Source: a virus
Lineage: Duplodnaviria; Caudoviricetes
Virus record (IMG/VR): IMGVR_UViG_3300012971_000066
Span: 1-29,524 of that record
Reading direction: 5' to 3' (one strand)
DNA: 29,524 bases
Made by a program: the position numbers and the translations under genes. The notes below the pieces were generated by a model. That model did not search any database and was not told the DNA's origin. It was given only the letters and a program-made list of their open reading frames with translations. Of the stretch, positions 1-7,807 are shown piece by piece (the first letter of the stretch is position 1; the number at the start of each line of letters is the position of its first letter).

Positions 1-1
1 G

Positions 2-214
2 CGCCTCGTTACGACTGGGGCCGAAGCCCAGCCACTGCCTCTGGTGATATTCGCCGGACACCCCGGCGAACACGCGGTCTACGACGTCTGCGGTGCCATC
101 GGTGCTGCCGGTGTCCACGATTGTCCAGTAGTCGATCTGATCCCTGACCGACTCAGCCAGACGCGGCAAGGTCTTCTCCTCGTTCTTGACGATCATGATC
201 AGCCCGACTGACAT
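2..214 (-). CDS. Family 2 glycosyltransferase, N-terminal part (runs off the left edge)
   Basis: Manual translation from ATG 214: MSVGLIMIVKNEEKTLPRLAESVRDQIDYWTIVDTGSTDGT...WLGFGPSRNEA. It has the GT2 motifs MIVKNEE and IVDTGSTDGT. Not in the ORF track because it is truncated. Confidence 0.88.
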   Translation of the reverse strand, partial: MSVGLIMIVKNEEKTLPRLAESVRDQIDYWTIVDTGSTDGTADVVDRVFAGVSGEYHQRQWLGFGPSRNEA

Positions 215-216
215 CC

Positions 217-498
217 CTACACTCCAGACTGCGGTGGGCAGTAGAAGCCCTTCAGGTCATCACTGTCAAAGCTGCCCTCTACAGCGTTTTCGGGTATGTC
301 CTCTGCCTCCATGTACACAACGTGATCCACCACCTTCATGCCACAGTGTTGGCAGGGTTGCTCCCAACCGGTGTCAGCCATCAGTTCCTCCTGCTGTTGA
401 ATCCAGCCGAACATCCACTGCTCGAACGCCGCAGGCGGTGCGTCGGGATCGATGCGGCGCGGCCTCACCCGAAGTAGCTCGTCCCATGACTCAGTCAC
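217..498 (-). CDS. Hypothetical protein with a CxxC motif
   Basis: Part of ORF 217..627. Start re-assigned to GTG 498, which overlaps the upstream stop (GTGACTGA). Sequence MTESWDELL...CQHCG...FYCPP. Confidence 0.6.
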   Translation of the reverse strand: MTESWDELLRVRPRRIDPDAPPAAFEQWMFGWIQQQEELMADTGWEQPCQHCGMKVVDHVVYMEAEDIPENAVEGSFDSDDLKGFYCPPQSGV

Positions 499-1033
499 GC
501 GTGATCGCAGAACCCATGTCACGGATCTCCTGTATGGCACTGATCGGGTACGGCTCACCCTCATCCAGTTCGAGGTAGGGCAGAGACGACATGGAAGGGT
601 GATAGACCAAACCCAACAGCACGCCACTGACCGGTGGCTTGTCCACGTTGAAGATCAGGAGCACCTTGTGGTTGACCAGAGCCTCCGCATCCTCAGGCGA
701 GGGCATGCCCATGGACGTCCGTGCCTCCGAAATAAAGGCTGTCTGGTACTTCGGGTCGGACAGGTTCTTGGCGGCGCTCCTGCGGCCTTCTACGGGCCTC
801 TCAGAGACAGCTACAAGGTCGAGTGAGCTTGAACTTGTGGGCACGGGCTGACCCACATCCCCGTGAGCGTTACGGAAGGCTGACTCGGTGACCTCGACCT
901 CTGGGACCTCCGGGGCGCTGACCTCCTGGGTGTAGGCGTTGAAGGCACGCATCATGACCGGGTCGTTGGGGGGCAGCCAGGGGTTCTTCCTGACGAAGTC
1001 AATGAACAGTTCCAGGGACTGGGTGGTGATCAC
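491..1033 (-). CDS. Hypothetical protein (180 aa)
   Basis: ORF coupled to its neighbours (GTGA overlap at 1030-1033); protein-like composition. Confidence 0.7.
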   Translation of the reverse strand: MITTQSLELFIDFVRKNPWLPPNDPVMMRAFNAYTQEVSAPEVPEVEVTESAFRNAHGDVGQPVPTSSSSLDLVAVSERPVEGRRSAAKNLSDPKYQTAFISEARTSMGMPSPEDAEALVNHKVLLIFNVDKPPVSGVLLGLVYHPSMSSLPYLELDEGEPYPISAIQEIRDMGSAITRD

Positions 1034-1443
1034 TCGAAGGTCACGTCCTGTCGGTAGCTGGCGGCGGTTCGCAAGCCGCGAGAAAATTGCTGGGTCAGTA
1101 GCGTCCAGGCCATCATATTCCCGAACTTCATCATGTGTTCGGCAATGCCATCCAAGCGGTCAGCTAGATACGGAGCGTGCTGCCACTTGATCCGGCCCTC
1201 GCTCTCGTCATGGGCCAGGACGATGATCAGGGGATCGTCAGGGGCACCGTTGGGCCACTCCCCGGCGAAGTCCTCCGGGGTGAACCGGTCGAAGGCGATG
1301 TTGGGCATGACCCCACCATGCCACTGCACGATGCCGTACCCGGCCATATCGGCCCAAACACAACGCAGGGTGTCGAAGGAGGCGAAGCTGCCGTTAAAGC
1401 AGCCGTGACTGATGGTCAGCCCGCTGCCGTTGGTAATGCTCAT
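1030..1443 (-). CDS. Hypothetical phage protein (137 aa)
   Basis: Sits in the minus-strand operon; contains DDPLIIVLAHDESEGRI; no family recognised with confidence. Confidence 0.7.
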   Translation of the reverse strand: MSITNGSGLTISHGCFNGSFASFDTLRCVWADMAGYGIVQWHGGVMPNIAFDRFTPEDFAGEWPNGAPDDPLIIVLAHDESEGRIKWQHAPYLADRLDGIAEHMMKFGNMMAWTLLTQQFSRGLRTAASYRQDVTFE

Positions 1444-1612
1444 AGGCAGGCCAATCTATTCCGGGGATGCGTAGCTGGGTGCGAGGCTCGAAGTTGACGC
1501 AGTCACATCTCTTGCAGGGCCGCTCATCCACCTCGTTGGGACGAAAGGCATGGTCATCGGTGTCGTCTCCGCAGTAACAGGTGTACTTGTCGAGGACCGT
1601 CGCCGCTTTCAC
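1394..1612 (-). CDS. Small Cys/His-rich putative zinc-binding protein
   Basis: GTG 1612 overlaps the upstream stop (GTGA). Motif CYCG-x5-H...CKRCDCVNF. The 50-nt overlap with the next gene lowers confidence. Confidence 0.55.
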   Translation of the reverse strand: MKAATVLDKYTCYCGDDTDDHAFRPNEVDERPCKRCDCVNFEPRTQLRIPGIDWPAYEHYQRQRADHQSRLL

Positions 1613-1836
1613 GTAGGTGCCCCTGGCTTTATTGACGTGATGGCGTTGATCTGAAGGGCCGGGATATATGCCCAACCCTCCGTATCGTGGAGGTGGTACA
1701 CGCCGTAGTCCATACCCCCTGGCATAGCAGCCGCGAGGTCAACCGGATTGGTGGGCAGAGAGGCTCCACTGAGCGTGTAGTTGATGCCGTGGATAATCCT
1801 GCCGTCGTTGGTGCGGATTGTGACTTGAACGGCCAT
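1609..1836 (-). CDS. Hypothetical protein (75 aa)
   Basis: Strong AGGAGGA RBS just upstream of ATG 1836. Confidence 0.7.
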   Translation of the reverse strand: MAVQVTIRTNDGRIIHGINYTLSGASLPTNPVDLAAAMPGGMDYGVYHLHDTEGWAYIPALQINAITSIKPGAPT

Positions 1837-1846
1837 ATTCCTCCTA

Positions 1847-2386
1847 TCAGCTAGCAGTCACAGTCATACCGGAGGAAGCTGCCAAATAAATACGGGTCTG
1901 CGAGCTAGCCGAACCCACAAAAACCGTGACAGCCTCCATGCTGATGCTGGCCGTGGGCACGAACCCCAGATCAGCCTCCAGGGTGGTTTCACCGGTCAGC
2001 ACCAACTGCGGCGGGCCGGGAATGGGATCCTGGGCTGTTACGACCATGTTGCCCGCGCCATACATAGACACGAAGGCCAGAGAAATGGGCGGTGGCGTCG
2101 GTGTCGGGATGGGCGGGGGCCGCGGCACGAACTCCTCGCCTGCGAAGGTGTACACCCAGGACGTGTCCCAGGTGTCCCCGTTGGCCGGGACAGGAGGCGG
2201 TCCCTCCCCCACCAGGATGTAGTTGGCGGTCAGCCCGAGCGAGGTGACCGTCTCACCATCCTCCGCGAAGGTCTGGAAGGAGGGCAGCGAAAAATACATG
2301 ACCGACCCAGAGTCGGTCGGTAGGGCGGCGCAGATCTGCTGCTCACCGTCCAGGGGACCGTCCTGCAAGATCATCTTCATGCTCAC
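1847..2386 (-). CDS. Hypothetical protein, Pro/Thr-rich with beta-rich C-terminus (possibly virion-associated)
   Basis: 179-aa ORF; TACGCT lies 6 nt upstream of GTG 2386 (leaderless pattern). Confidence 0.7.
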   Translation of the reverse strand: MSMKMILQDGPLDGEQQICAALPTDSGSVMYFSLPSFQTFAEDGETVTSLGLTANYILVGEGPPPVPANGDTWDTSWVYTFAGEEFVPRPPPIPTPTPPPISLAFVSMYGAGNMVVTAQDPIPGPPQLVLTGETTLEADLGFVPTASISMEAVTVFVGSASSQTRIYLAASSGMTVTAS

Positions 2387-2398
2387 AACCCGAGCGTA
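2387..2398 (-). promoter_or_regulatory. Putative -10 element of a leaderless transcript
   Basis: TACGCT-cgggtt-GTG(2386). Confidence 0.55.
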
Positions 2399-2483
2399 AG
2401 GGACCAGCTACCCCACTCCGGGGACATCGGGGATTATCCCCGACGCCACTTCTGGCCCTGTCCGGCCATGGCAGGATTCCGGC

Positions 2484-2795
2484 ATGACAACGAACTGGGA
2501 CGAGTCCGTGGAGGCCAAGTACCGCGTCTTCAAGCTGGAGGACTGGGACCGCTGGCAGATGGAGTACAAGCCACCAGCCACGCCGTTCCCCCTCGAAGAC
2601 GCCGTGGTCATCAGGCTGAAGGACCCCTTCGCCACCACGGCGCTCTACACCTACGCCAACACCATCCTGTCGTACCTCGAACTGACGCCGGACCTGGACC
2701 CCGAGGTACACCAGCGGATGATGGAGATAGCTGACTACTTCCACCAGCAGGCCACCATCTCCCAGGAGATCAAGAACCGCAGGTTGCCGGATTGA
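2484..2795 (+). CDS. Hypothetical phage protein (103 aa)
   Basis: High-GC3 codons; KYRVFK...DAVVIRLKDPFA..ALYTYAN; TGG-CAGGAT-N6-ATG upstream. Confidence 0.78.
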   Translation: MTTNWDESVEAKYRVFKLEDWDRWQMEYKPPATPFPLEDAVVIRLKDPFATTALYTYANTILSYLELTPDLDPEVHQRMMEIADYFHQQATISQEIKNRRLPD

Positions 2796-2944
2796 AGTGG
2801 CTCCGCTGGCGCTGGCGACTCTGGCGAGCCAGGCATTACGCCTGGAAGGCATGGGTTGACCTGTGTGAGAACCGCGGTGGTCACGGAGCCTGGGAGCGGG
2901 CCACACATCGCGTCGAGGAGATCCGAATGGAGCGGCTCCCCTAA
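2792..2944 (+). CDS. Small Trp/Arg-rich protein (50 aa), below the ORF-track cutoff
   Basis: TTG overlaps the upstream stop (TTGA). MKWLRWRWRLWRARHYAWKAWVDLCENRGGHGAWERATHRVEEIRMERLP* fills the gap. Confidence 0.55.
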   Translation: MKWLRWRWRLWRARHYAWKAWVDLCENRGGHGAWERATHRVEEIRMERLP

Positions 2945-3034
2945 GCGAAGAGCAGCGCCATCAGAATCCCGAGCGTGAAGCCCAGCAGCACCACCACGGT
3001 TGCCCCGCACATGAAGAGGATCCAGACAGCGGCT

Positions 3035-4522
3035 CTACTGCTGCATCGTCTTACGGAGGGCGTCCTCTGCTTTGTCGGGATCGGCTCGTCTAAGGGTTTC
3101 AGCCCGTTCAGCGCCGAAGAGCCGACTGAGTACTCCCGCCTGGGCACGCCCCTCCACCGTCACCTTCAAGAAGTCTCTGTTGTCAGCTATGTCCTTGACC
3201 GACTGGGTCATCCGCATGAACCGGTCAAGCTCGCTCGACAGATTCGCATCAGGGTACCCACCCTGTAGCTGCTCCGTAAAGAAGCCGAACGCTACCCGTT
3301 GTCCCTGCATCTCAAGCAGTGAGTTGAGGATGCCCAGAAGCTGGTCCCGATTGCGGATCTCCACCGGGATGGCGTACTTGCATTCCGAGCCAAGCTCGAA
3401 AAGCGAGCACACTGCGGCGAGTGAGCAACTATCACAGCGACGCAGAGGGGCGTTCCCCATCACCGTGACATTGGAGGTCACCTCCATGGTCCCAGGCCCG
3501 TCAGGGTTGGGAACCACGGTGGTTACGGGGCGGTAGCTGAACACCGGTAACACGGTCTGATCAACCGGAACTGGCAGGTACGGCAAGTGGCCGTTTCCCT
3601 GCACCTCGACAGGGGTTCGATCAACTGGTTCGTTCGACTCAAGACGAGTTTCCGGCACATGCCCATTTGAGCTTGGAGTTGATCGAACAGGGCGCTTCAG
3701 CAAACGCACCCGTTCTGGCGCATCCATGGATAGCTCCATCTGCCGCCAGGCCCAGATGGTGTAGCGGGCCACTTCGGTGCTGTCGTCGTTGATGATCCGG
3801 TCGGCGTCGAAGCCCGCCTGGGCAAAGTGGCTGTGGTGACGTCGGCGCACCTTCTCCTTGTCGTCAGCCGAGTACCGGCGCAGCCGGTTCTCATCCCAGA
3901 CCACGGTCTCCCCGAAGCGGGTGGGGCTGATCCATGAGGACGACACGATGGTGCTGTAGAGACCGCCTGGCGCGTCGTAGGGGTGGCTGAAGGACAGCCC
4001 GTGCAGGTTTATTCGTGTGCGGCGCACCAGGGCACTCAGTACGTTCTGAGTCCGTTGCGAGACAGGAGGTACGCCCAGGTTGGGGTGCGCCTCAACCATC
4101 TGACGCAGCAGAGGCGCACCCCACTCTTCGTGCCATACCGGTACGAACTTATCATCGGCCAGACCAACCCAGGATTGGCGTTGCCGTAAACACCAGTCCT
4201 GGCCTAAGGCGAGCGGGTCATACTCCGTAAAGAACTTGATCCGCTCCAGGTTGTCTTGAATGAATTGCAGGTACCCAGCTAGAAACTCTTCATGCTGCGT
4301 GAGCGACCAGTTCTTTTTCTCCGTGCTAGAAGCACCCGATACGACGAAGATGTCCTGCTCGTCGGGGAAGTAACTGGAGAGGTACCACTCCTTCTTGGTG
4401 ATCCGGGGCTGGAGATGGAGGTAGTTGAGGGCGACATGGGGGACTTCTTCTGCCGACAGCAGTTTCCTCCAGGTCGGTACCTCCGTGCCCCCGAAGTAAA
4501 GCTCAAGGTGTCGTAGTGCCAC
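3035..4522 (-). CDS. TGT/DpdA-like TIM-barrel protein (apparently degenerate) fused to a Cys4 and helical C-terminal domain
   Basis: Ordered motifs IFVVSGAS (cf. DSGAF/DSGGF), TEYD, FVPVWH, LHGLS, VSSSW...RFG; a low-complexity linker; then RRCDSC-x5-C-x8-C. Confidence 0.6.
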   Translation of the reverse strand: MALRHLELYFGGTEVPTWRKLLSAEEVPHVALNYLHLQPRITKKEWYLSSYFPDEQDIFVVSGASSTEKKNWSLTQHEEFLAGYLQFIQDNLERIKFFTEYDPLALGQDWCLRQRQSWVGLADDKFVPVWHEEWGAPLLRQMVEAHPNLGVPPVSQRTQNVLSALVRRTRINLHGLSFSHPYDAPGGLYSTIVSSSWISPTRFGETVVWDENRLRRYSADDKEKVRRRHHSHFAQAGFDADRIINDDSTEVARYTIWAWRQMELSMDAPERVRLLKRPVRSTPSSNGHVPETRLESNEPVDRTPVEVQGNGHLPYLPVPVDQTVLPVFSYRPVTTVVPNPDGPGTMEVTSNVTVMGNAPLRRCDSCSLAAVCSLFELGSECKYAIPVEIRNRDQLLGILNSLLEMQGQRVAFGFFTEQLQGGYPDANLSSELDRFMRMTQSVKDIADNRDFLKVTVEGRAQAGVLSRLFGAERAETLRRADPDKAEDALRKTMQQ

Positions 4523-4862
4523 GTTGTCTCCTGGGCAGGCGTTCTCCGAGCGAGCGCGCCCACTGCTCTCCTAAATCTGTCCGCTGAGCCGAGTGCCGGG
4601 GAGGGCGCACCCCTCTAGTTTCCCCGGCGATCCTACGGGCTTCTCCCAGCATGGCGGTAGCTACGCCCTGACGGCGCACATCGTCGCGCACCGTGATATT
4701 GGCGATCTCACCCGTCTTATGGTGCCAGAAGATCTCACCCATGGATCCGTACCGGCCCTTGTGCTCCCCGTAGACCCGTAGCTCATGCATCGGGCGCGAC
4801 TCCATCTCCTTGGGCTTGGCCTGCCGGAAGGAGTAGTGGAACTGCTGAGGGTTCAGGCTCAC
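4503..4862 (-). CDS. GNAT-family acetyltransferase
   Basis: Acetyl-CoA-binding motif A ITVRDDVRRQGVATAML, followed by HS..RTDLGEQWA; N-terminus MSLNPQQF. Confidence 0.8.
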   Translation of the reverse strand: MSLNPQQFHYSFRQAKPKEMESRPMHELRVYGEHKGRYGSMGEIFWHHKTGEIANITVRDDVRRQGVATAMLGEARRIAGETRGVRPPRHSAQRTDLGEQWARSLGERLPRRQRGTTTP

Positions 4863-5803
4863 ATCGCACCCCAGTTAGGCTCCCACTGTCTGCCCAAGGT
4901 GCGTCGGATGTGGACGGTCTTGCCGCTCTCGGTCTCGTAGCTGCTGTGCTCAGTCCGGGGCGTGGACGGGAACATCTGATTGGCCAGGGCATAGCCCTTC
5001 GAGGTCTCCCCCGTACCGAGAAACTGCTCATGCAGGCTGGGCTGGTGATAACGCTGCCCCTCTGGGCTTGGCTCCTCCCAGCGATGCTGTGGATAGTTCT
5101 CCCCGGTGTGCTGAGGCAGGTTCTTCACCGACCAGGCGATGGTGGGGTGTACATGCTCACCGCGCTTCTGGGCCGCTTCGACCATCTCCCGGTGGGTGGA
5201 CATGAAGCCACCACGTTGGGGCACCCCCACCGAGATCCCACCCTCCACCTCGTTCTCATAGAGGTAGCCCCGGCCAGCTTCGTGGGCTGCTCCACCTGGC
5301 CCGAGAGCAGTGTGGACGATGCTGCCGCCCTTGCCCCACATGGTTTTCTTGCCCGCCTCTGGCTCCTTCTGCACCTCCTCACCGACTGGCCCGGTGATGC
5401 GTAGCGGGAACAGATGACCGTGTACACCAGGCTTCTCGGCGCGCCGTCCTCGATTAGCCTCCAGGCGTTTGCGGGCGGCTCCCTCTGTACCGGCGTGGAA
5501 GCCCTCGCGCGTACCACCTGCGCTCAGGCGGGCCTTCTGGGCAGAGAACCGGCCATGCCACCACGTTCGAGGATCAGCCTGGAACTGGGCGGGCGTCTGA
5601 TGATGAGCTTCCGACAGAGCGGTGTCGGGATCGAAGAGGTGCTGCTGCTTGAGGTGTACCCAGCGATCCTCACCGTCTTCTCCTGGCCACCGATGTGGCC
5701 GTGACGTCACCGGGTCAGCCAGCCCTTGCTGCGACCTGTACATCCGAGCAGCCTGTCGCGGCCCCCCGGTGAACTGCGCGCCCAGGCTGGACGGCGAGGT
5801 CAC
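4859..5803 (-). CDS. Putative ADP-ribosyltransferase-fold protein (ART-PolyVal-like)
   Basis: WWHG ... GFHAGTEGAARKR ... LFPLRI ... YLYENEVEGGISVGV matches the HG / xHxGT..AA..R / YxNxxE..S layout of phage ART domains; N-terminus MTSPSSLGAQF. Confidence 0.55.
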   Translation of the reverse strand: MTSPSSLGAQFTGGPRQAARMYRSQQGLADPVTSRPHRWPGEDGEDRWVHLKQQHLFDPDTALSEAHHQTPAQFQADPRTWWHGRFSAQKARLSAGGTREGFHAGTEGAARKRLEANRGRRAEKPGVHGHLFPLRITGPVGEEVQKEPEAGKKTMWGKGGSIVHTALGPGGAAHEAGRGYLYENEVEGGISVGVPQRGGFMSTHREMVEAAQKRGEHVHPTIAWSVKNLPQHTGENYPQHRWEEPSPEGQRYHQPSLHEQFLGTGETSKGYALANQMFPSTPRTEHSSYETESGKTVHIRRTLGRQWEPNWGAM

Positions 5804-6030
5804 TCCTCGTCTTCCTCCTCTTCCATACCACCACCGCTACGCCTGCCGAACTCGGTGCCGGAAGGCATGGACTGGACCCGGTTGTAATCAGCAGAAAAGG
5901 AGGGCCGGTAGACGTTTGACGTCATGTTCTGGATACCACGAACACGGGTGGCAAGCTCGTCCATATTGCCCTGCTCGATCATGCTGCGTTCGGTGTTGAA
6001 CTGCTTATTGGAGAGTGCCTCAATGCTCAT
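5800..6030 (-). CDS. Small protein with acidic tail
   Basis: GGAG RBS; ATGA and GTGA overlaps at the two ends; N-terminus MSIEALSNKQF; ends MEEEEDEE. Confidence 0.7.
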   Translation of the reverse strand: MSIEALSNKQFNTERSMIEQGNMDELATRVRGIQNMTSNVYRPSFSADYNRVQSMPSGTEFGRRSGGGMEEEEDEE

Positions 6031-6551
6031 ATACGCTCCACTTCCTCCTCCTCGTTAAGCCGAGGATCCGTAGCTCGAAGCTCCCGCTGGCGCGTCATCT
6101 CGTCATCGATGTCCTGCCAGGGCCGGGGCAGTCTGCGATGGTCAGGCCGGTACTCACCCCAGCGGTAGGACGGGTTGACGAAGAGCAAGCTGGGGAAACC
6201 CATCTCGGTGACCTTGAGGATGGTCTGAGGGTCAGAAGCCACCACCAGCCCGACGTCAACCCCGGCACTGCGAAGCTGGTGGGCGAACTGTGCCTGAAGC
6301 GAGGAGCTATCTACGTCGATCTGGGGCGCTCTACGACACATCAGGTCTTCGTAGAAGTTGGGCCGGGACATGCCGTTGATCAGCAGCCAGTGCTCCACCG
6401 CCTCCTCAGTGGCCTGCGAGGTGCCCAGGATGATCCGATAGCCGGACCGGAGAGCATGGGCCAGCCGGACTCCCTCAATGATCGGAAAGAAGCCGTGGAT
6501 AGGGCTGTATTCCCCCAGAACGCCCTCTATCGTGATCAGAGCCGTGGTCAT
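6027..6551 (-). CDS. HAD-superfamily-like protein (PNK-phosphatase type, degenerate motifs)
   Basis: ALITIEGVL (motif I DxDG position), IILGTS (motif II), EHWL..NG, LVVASDP (motif IV position), GFPSLLF. Confidence 0.6.
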   Translation of the reverse strand: MTTALITIEGVLGEYSPIHGFFPIIEGVRLAHALRSGYRIILGTSQATEEAVEHWLLINGMSRPNFYEDLMCRRAPQIDVDSSSLQAQFAHQLRSAGVDVGLVVASDPQTILKVTEMGFPSLLFVNPSYRWGEYRPDHRRLPRPWQDIDDEMTRQRELRATDPRLNEEEEVERI

Positions 6552-6773
6552 CTAGCTGGAGTACTGGCTAGCCCTCGATCCCCTGTTCTCCATGTTGTCG
6601 GGACCGTAGGGGTAGGGCTGGGTCTGGCGGTAGCGCATCTCCCAGGACCGCCTAAGCATGGTGGGCCACAAGCCAGGGTCGCGCGAGCCATTCAGGCCGT
6701 CATAGAAGCTCGACCAGTTGGTCGAACGGGGCGTCCGGGTCGCGTTGGGGGTGACCCGAGATGCTTCTCTCAC
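6552..6773 (-). CDS. Hypothetical protein (73 aa)
   Basis: Fills the gap exactly: GTGA overlap upstream, stop abutting the next ATG. Confidence 0.6.
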   Translation of the reverse strand: MREASRVTPNATRTPRSTNWSSFYDGLNGSRDPGLWPTMLRRSWEMRYRQTQPYPYGPDNMENRGSRASQYSS

Positions 6774-7042
6774 CTGGACACCTTGACGTTGATGTAGCGG
6801 TCACCCCGCTTTATGGCCGCGCCTACCCGGTGATGGCCGTCACCGAGGATGAAGTGGCCGTTCTGGCGGCTGACGATGGGGTCGGAGTCGATGTCGGAGG
6901 GATCCAGAGAGGCGAGGTGGCGCACCTTGGCCGCATCTACGTAGACCTGGGTGGAGACGATGTTGTCCACCCTGACCCTGGACCGGCGCAGAGCGCGGTT
7001 CGATTTCTGCTCGAACTGCTGAGTCGAGAAGGGCAGTGACAC
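6770..7042 (-). CDS. Stand-alone ParB/Sulfiredoxin N-terminal domain protein
   Basis: STQVYV...PIVSRQNGHFILGDGHHRVGAAIKRG (DGHHR signature); N-terminus MSLPFSTQQF. Confidence 0.82.
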   Translation of the reverse strand: MSLPFSTQQFEQKSNRALRRSRVRVDNIVSTQVYVDAAKVRHLASLDPSDIDSDPIVSRQNGHFILGDGHHRVGAAIKRGDRYINVKVSR

Positions 7043-7076
7043 ATCCAGAGCTTAGGTGCCCCCCTATGCTGGCCCC
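7043..7076. promoter_or_regulatory. Back-to-back divergent leaderless promoters
   Basis: Minus: TAAGCT(7054-7049)-ctggat-GTG(7042). Plus: TATGCT(7065-7070)-ggcccc-GTG(7077). Confidence 0.6.
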
Positions 7077-7388
7077 GTGTCGGACGCGCAGCCTCTGCCG
7101 GGGTGGTGCTTCATCTGTGACCGCGACGTCGGGCAGGACATGGCTGGTCACATCGAGGACGTCCACCCGGTGGTACAGCGAAAAATCCAGGGGGCCAAAA
7201 TCTCCTGGCAGCATCGGATCCGCAACGTCATCGGAGTGCTCGAAGAGCTATCGGACAAGCCCGACATCGACCGCTTTGACGTCGAGGTGCTACAGGAGCT
7301 TCACCTCGTACGTGTCAGAATTGCTCAGTTACGTGGTACGCCAGTGACCCGAGTACAGGAAGGTGGAGTGGACTATGGGAGTAGTTGA
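7077..7388 (+). CDS. Putative C2H2-type zinc-finger protein
   Basis: CFIC-x10-HIEDVH followed by an amphipathic helical region; start moved to GTG 7077 on the promoter pattern. Confidence 0.6.
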   Translation: MSDAQPLPGWCFICDRDVGQDMAGHIEDVHPVVQRKIQGAKISWQHRIRNVIGVLEELSDKPDIDRFDVEVLQELHLVRVRIAQLRGTPVTRVQEGGVDYGSS

Positions 7389-7803
7389 CTGGAGAGCGTG
7401 GATCGCTCAGAGCGGCGGTACTCTGCCCACTGCCCCGAACCCCCCCGGTACACCCTGGCAGAACAACCAGTTGTTCCCAGGTGTCGGACCCATCGGCGTC
7501 GGCGTCACCCCTGGCCCTCCAGGCAGCCAGATCGGTCTGATCGATGGCGCACAGTCCTTCCCGACGTACGCCAACACCCCGACCACCATCAACGCCCAGG
7601 ATCCCTTCTACGTGCCCACCCCACCGGTTGGCACAATCGGCACCAACGGTGCTGGCTGGGTCTGCCAGATGGAGCGCATGATCGTGCCAGCCCCCGGAAC
7701 GGCTGGCACCCAGACGGTGGCTGCCTGGCCCGCAGGCGTGCCCGGAGCGTCGGTACCGGCTGGGCCGATCATGCGACCGGTGGTGGCGGGAATCACGTCT
7801 TGA
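7375..7803 (+). CDS. Pro/Gly/Thr-rich hypothetical protein (possibly virion-associated)
   Basis: Part of ORF 7363..7803; GGAG upstream of ATG 7375; high-GC3 codons. Confidence 0.65.
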   Translation: MGVVDWRAWIAQSGGTLPTAPNPPGTPWQNNQLFPGVGPIGVGVTPGPPGSQIGLIDGAQSFPTYANTPTTINAQDPFYVPTPPVGTIGTNGAGWVCQMERMIVPAPGTAGTQTVAAWPAGVPGASVPAGPIMRPVVAGITS

Positions 7804-7807
7804 CCTG

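Noticed and set aside
3035-4522. Calling this an active dpdA/tgt gene
   Set aside because: The catalytic DSG aspartate is absent and no preQ0 synthesis genes are in the window, so no gene symbol was assigned.
6015-6797. 260-aa plus-strand ORF (and similar ones such as 12502..13248, 26544..27365, 28274..28921)
   Set aside because: Antisense to coupled genes with recognisable motifs; no RBS or domain signal.
6770-7042. Plasmid/prophage partition system (parABS)
   Set aside because: Only the ParB/Srx N-terminal domain is present; no HTH, no ParA and no parS repeats seen.
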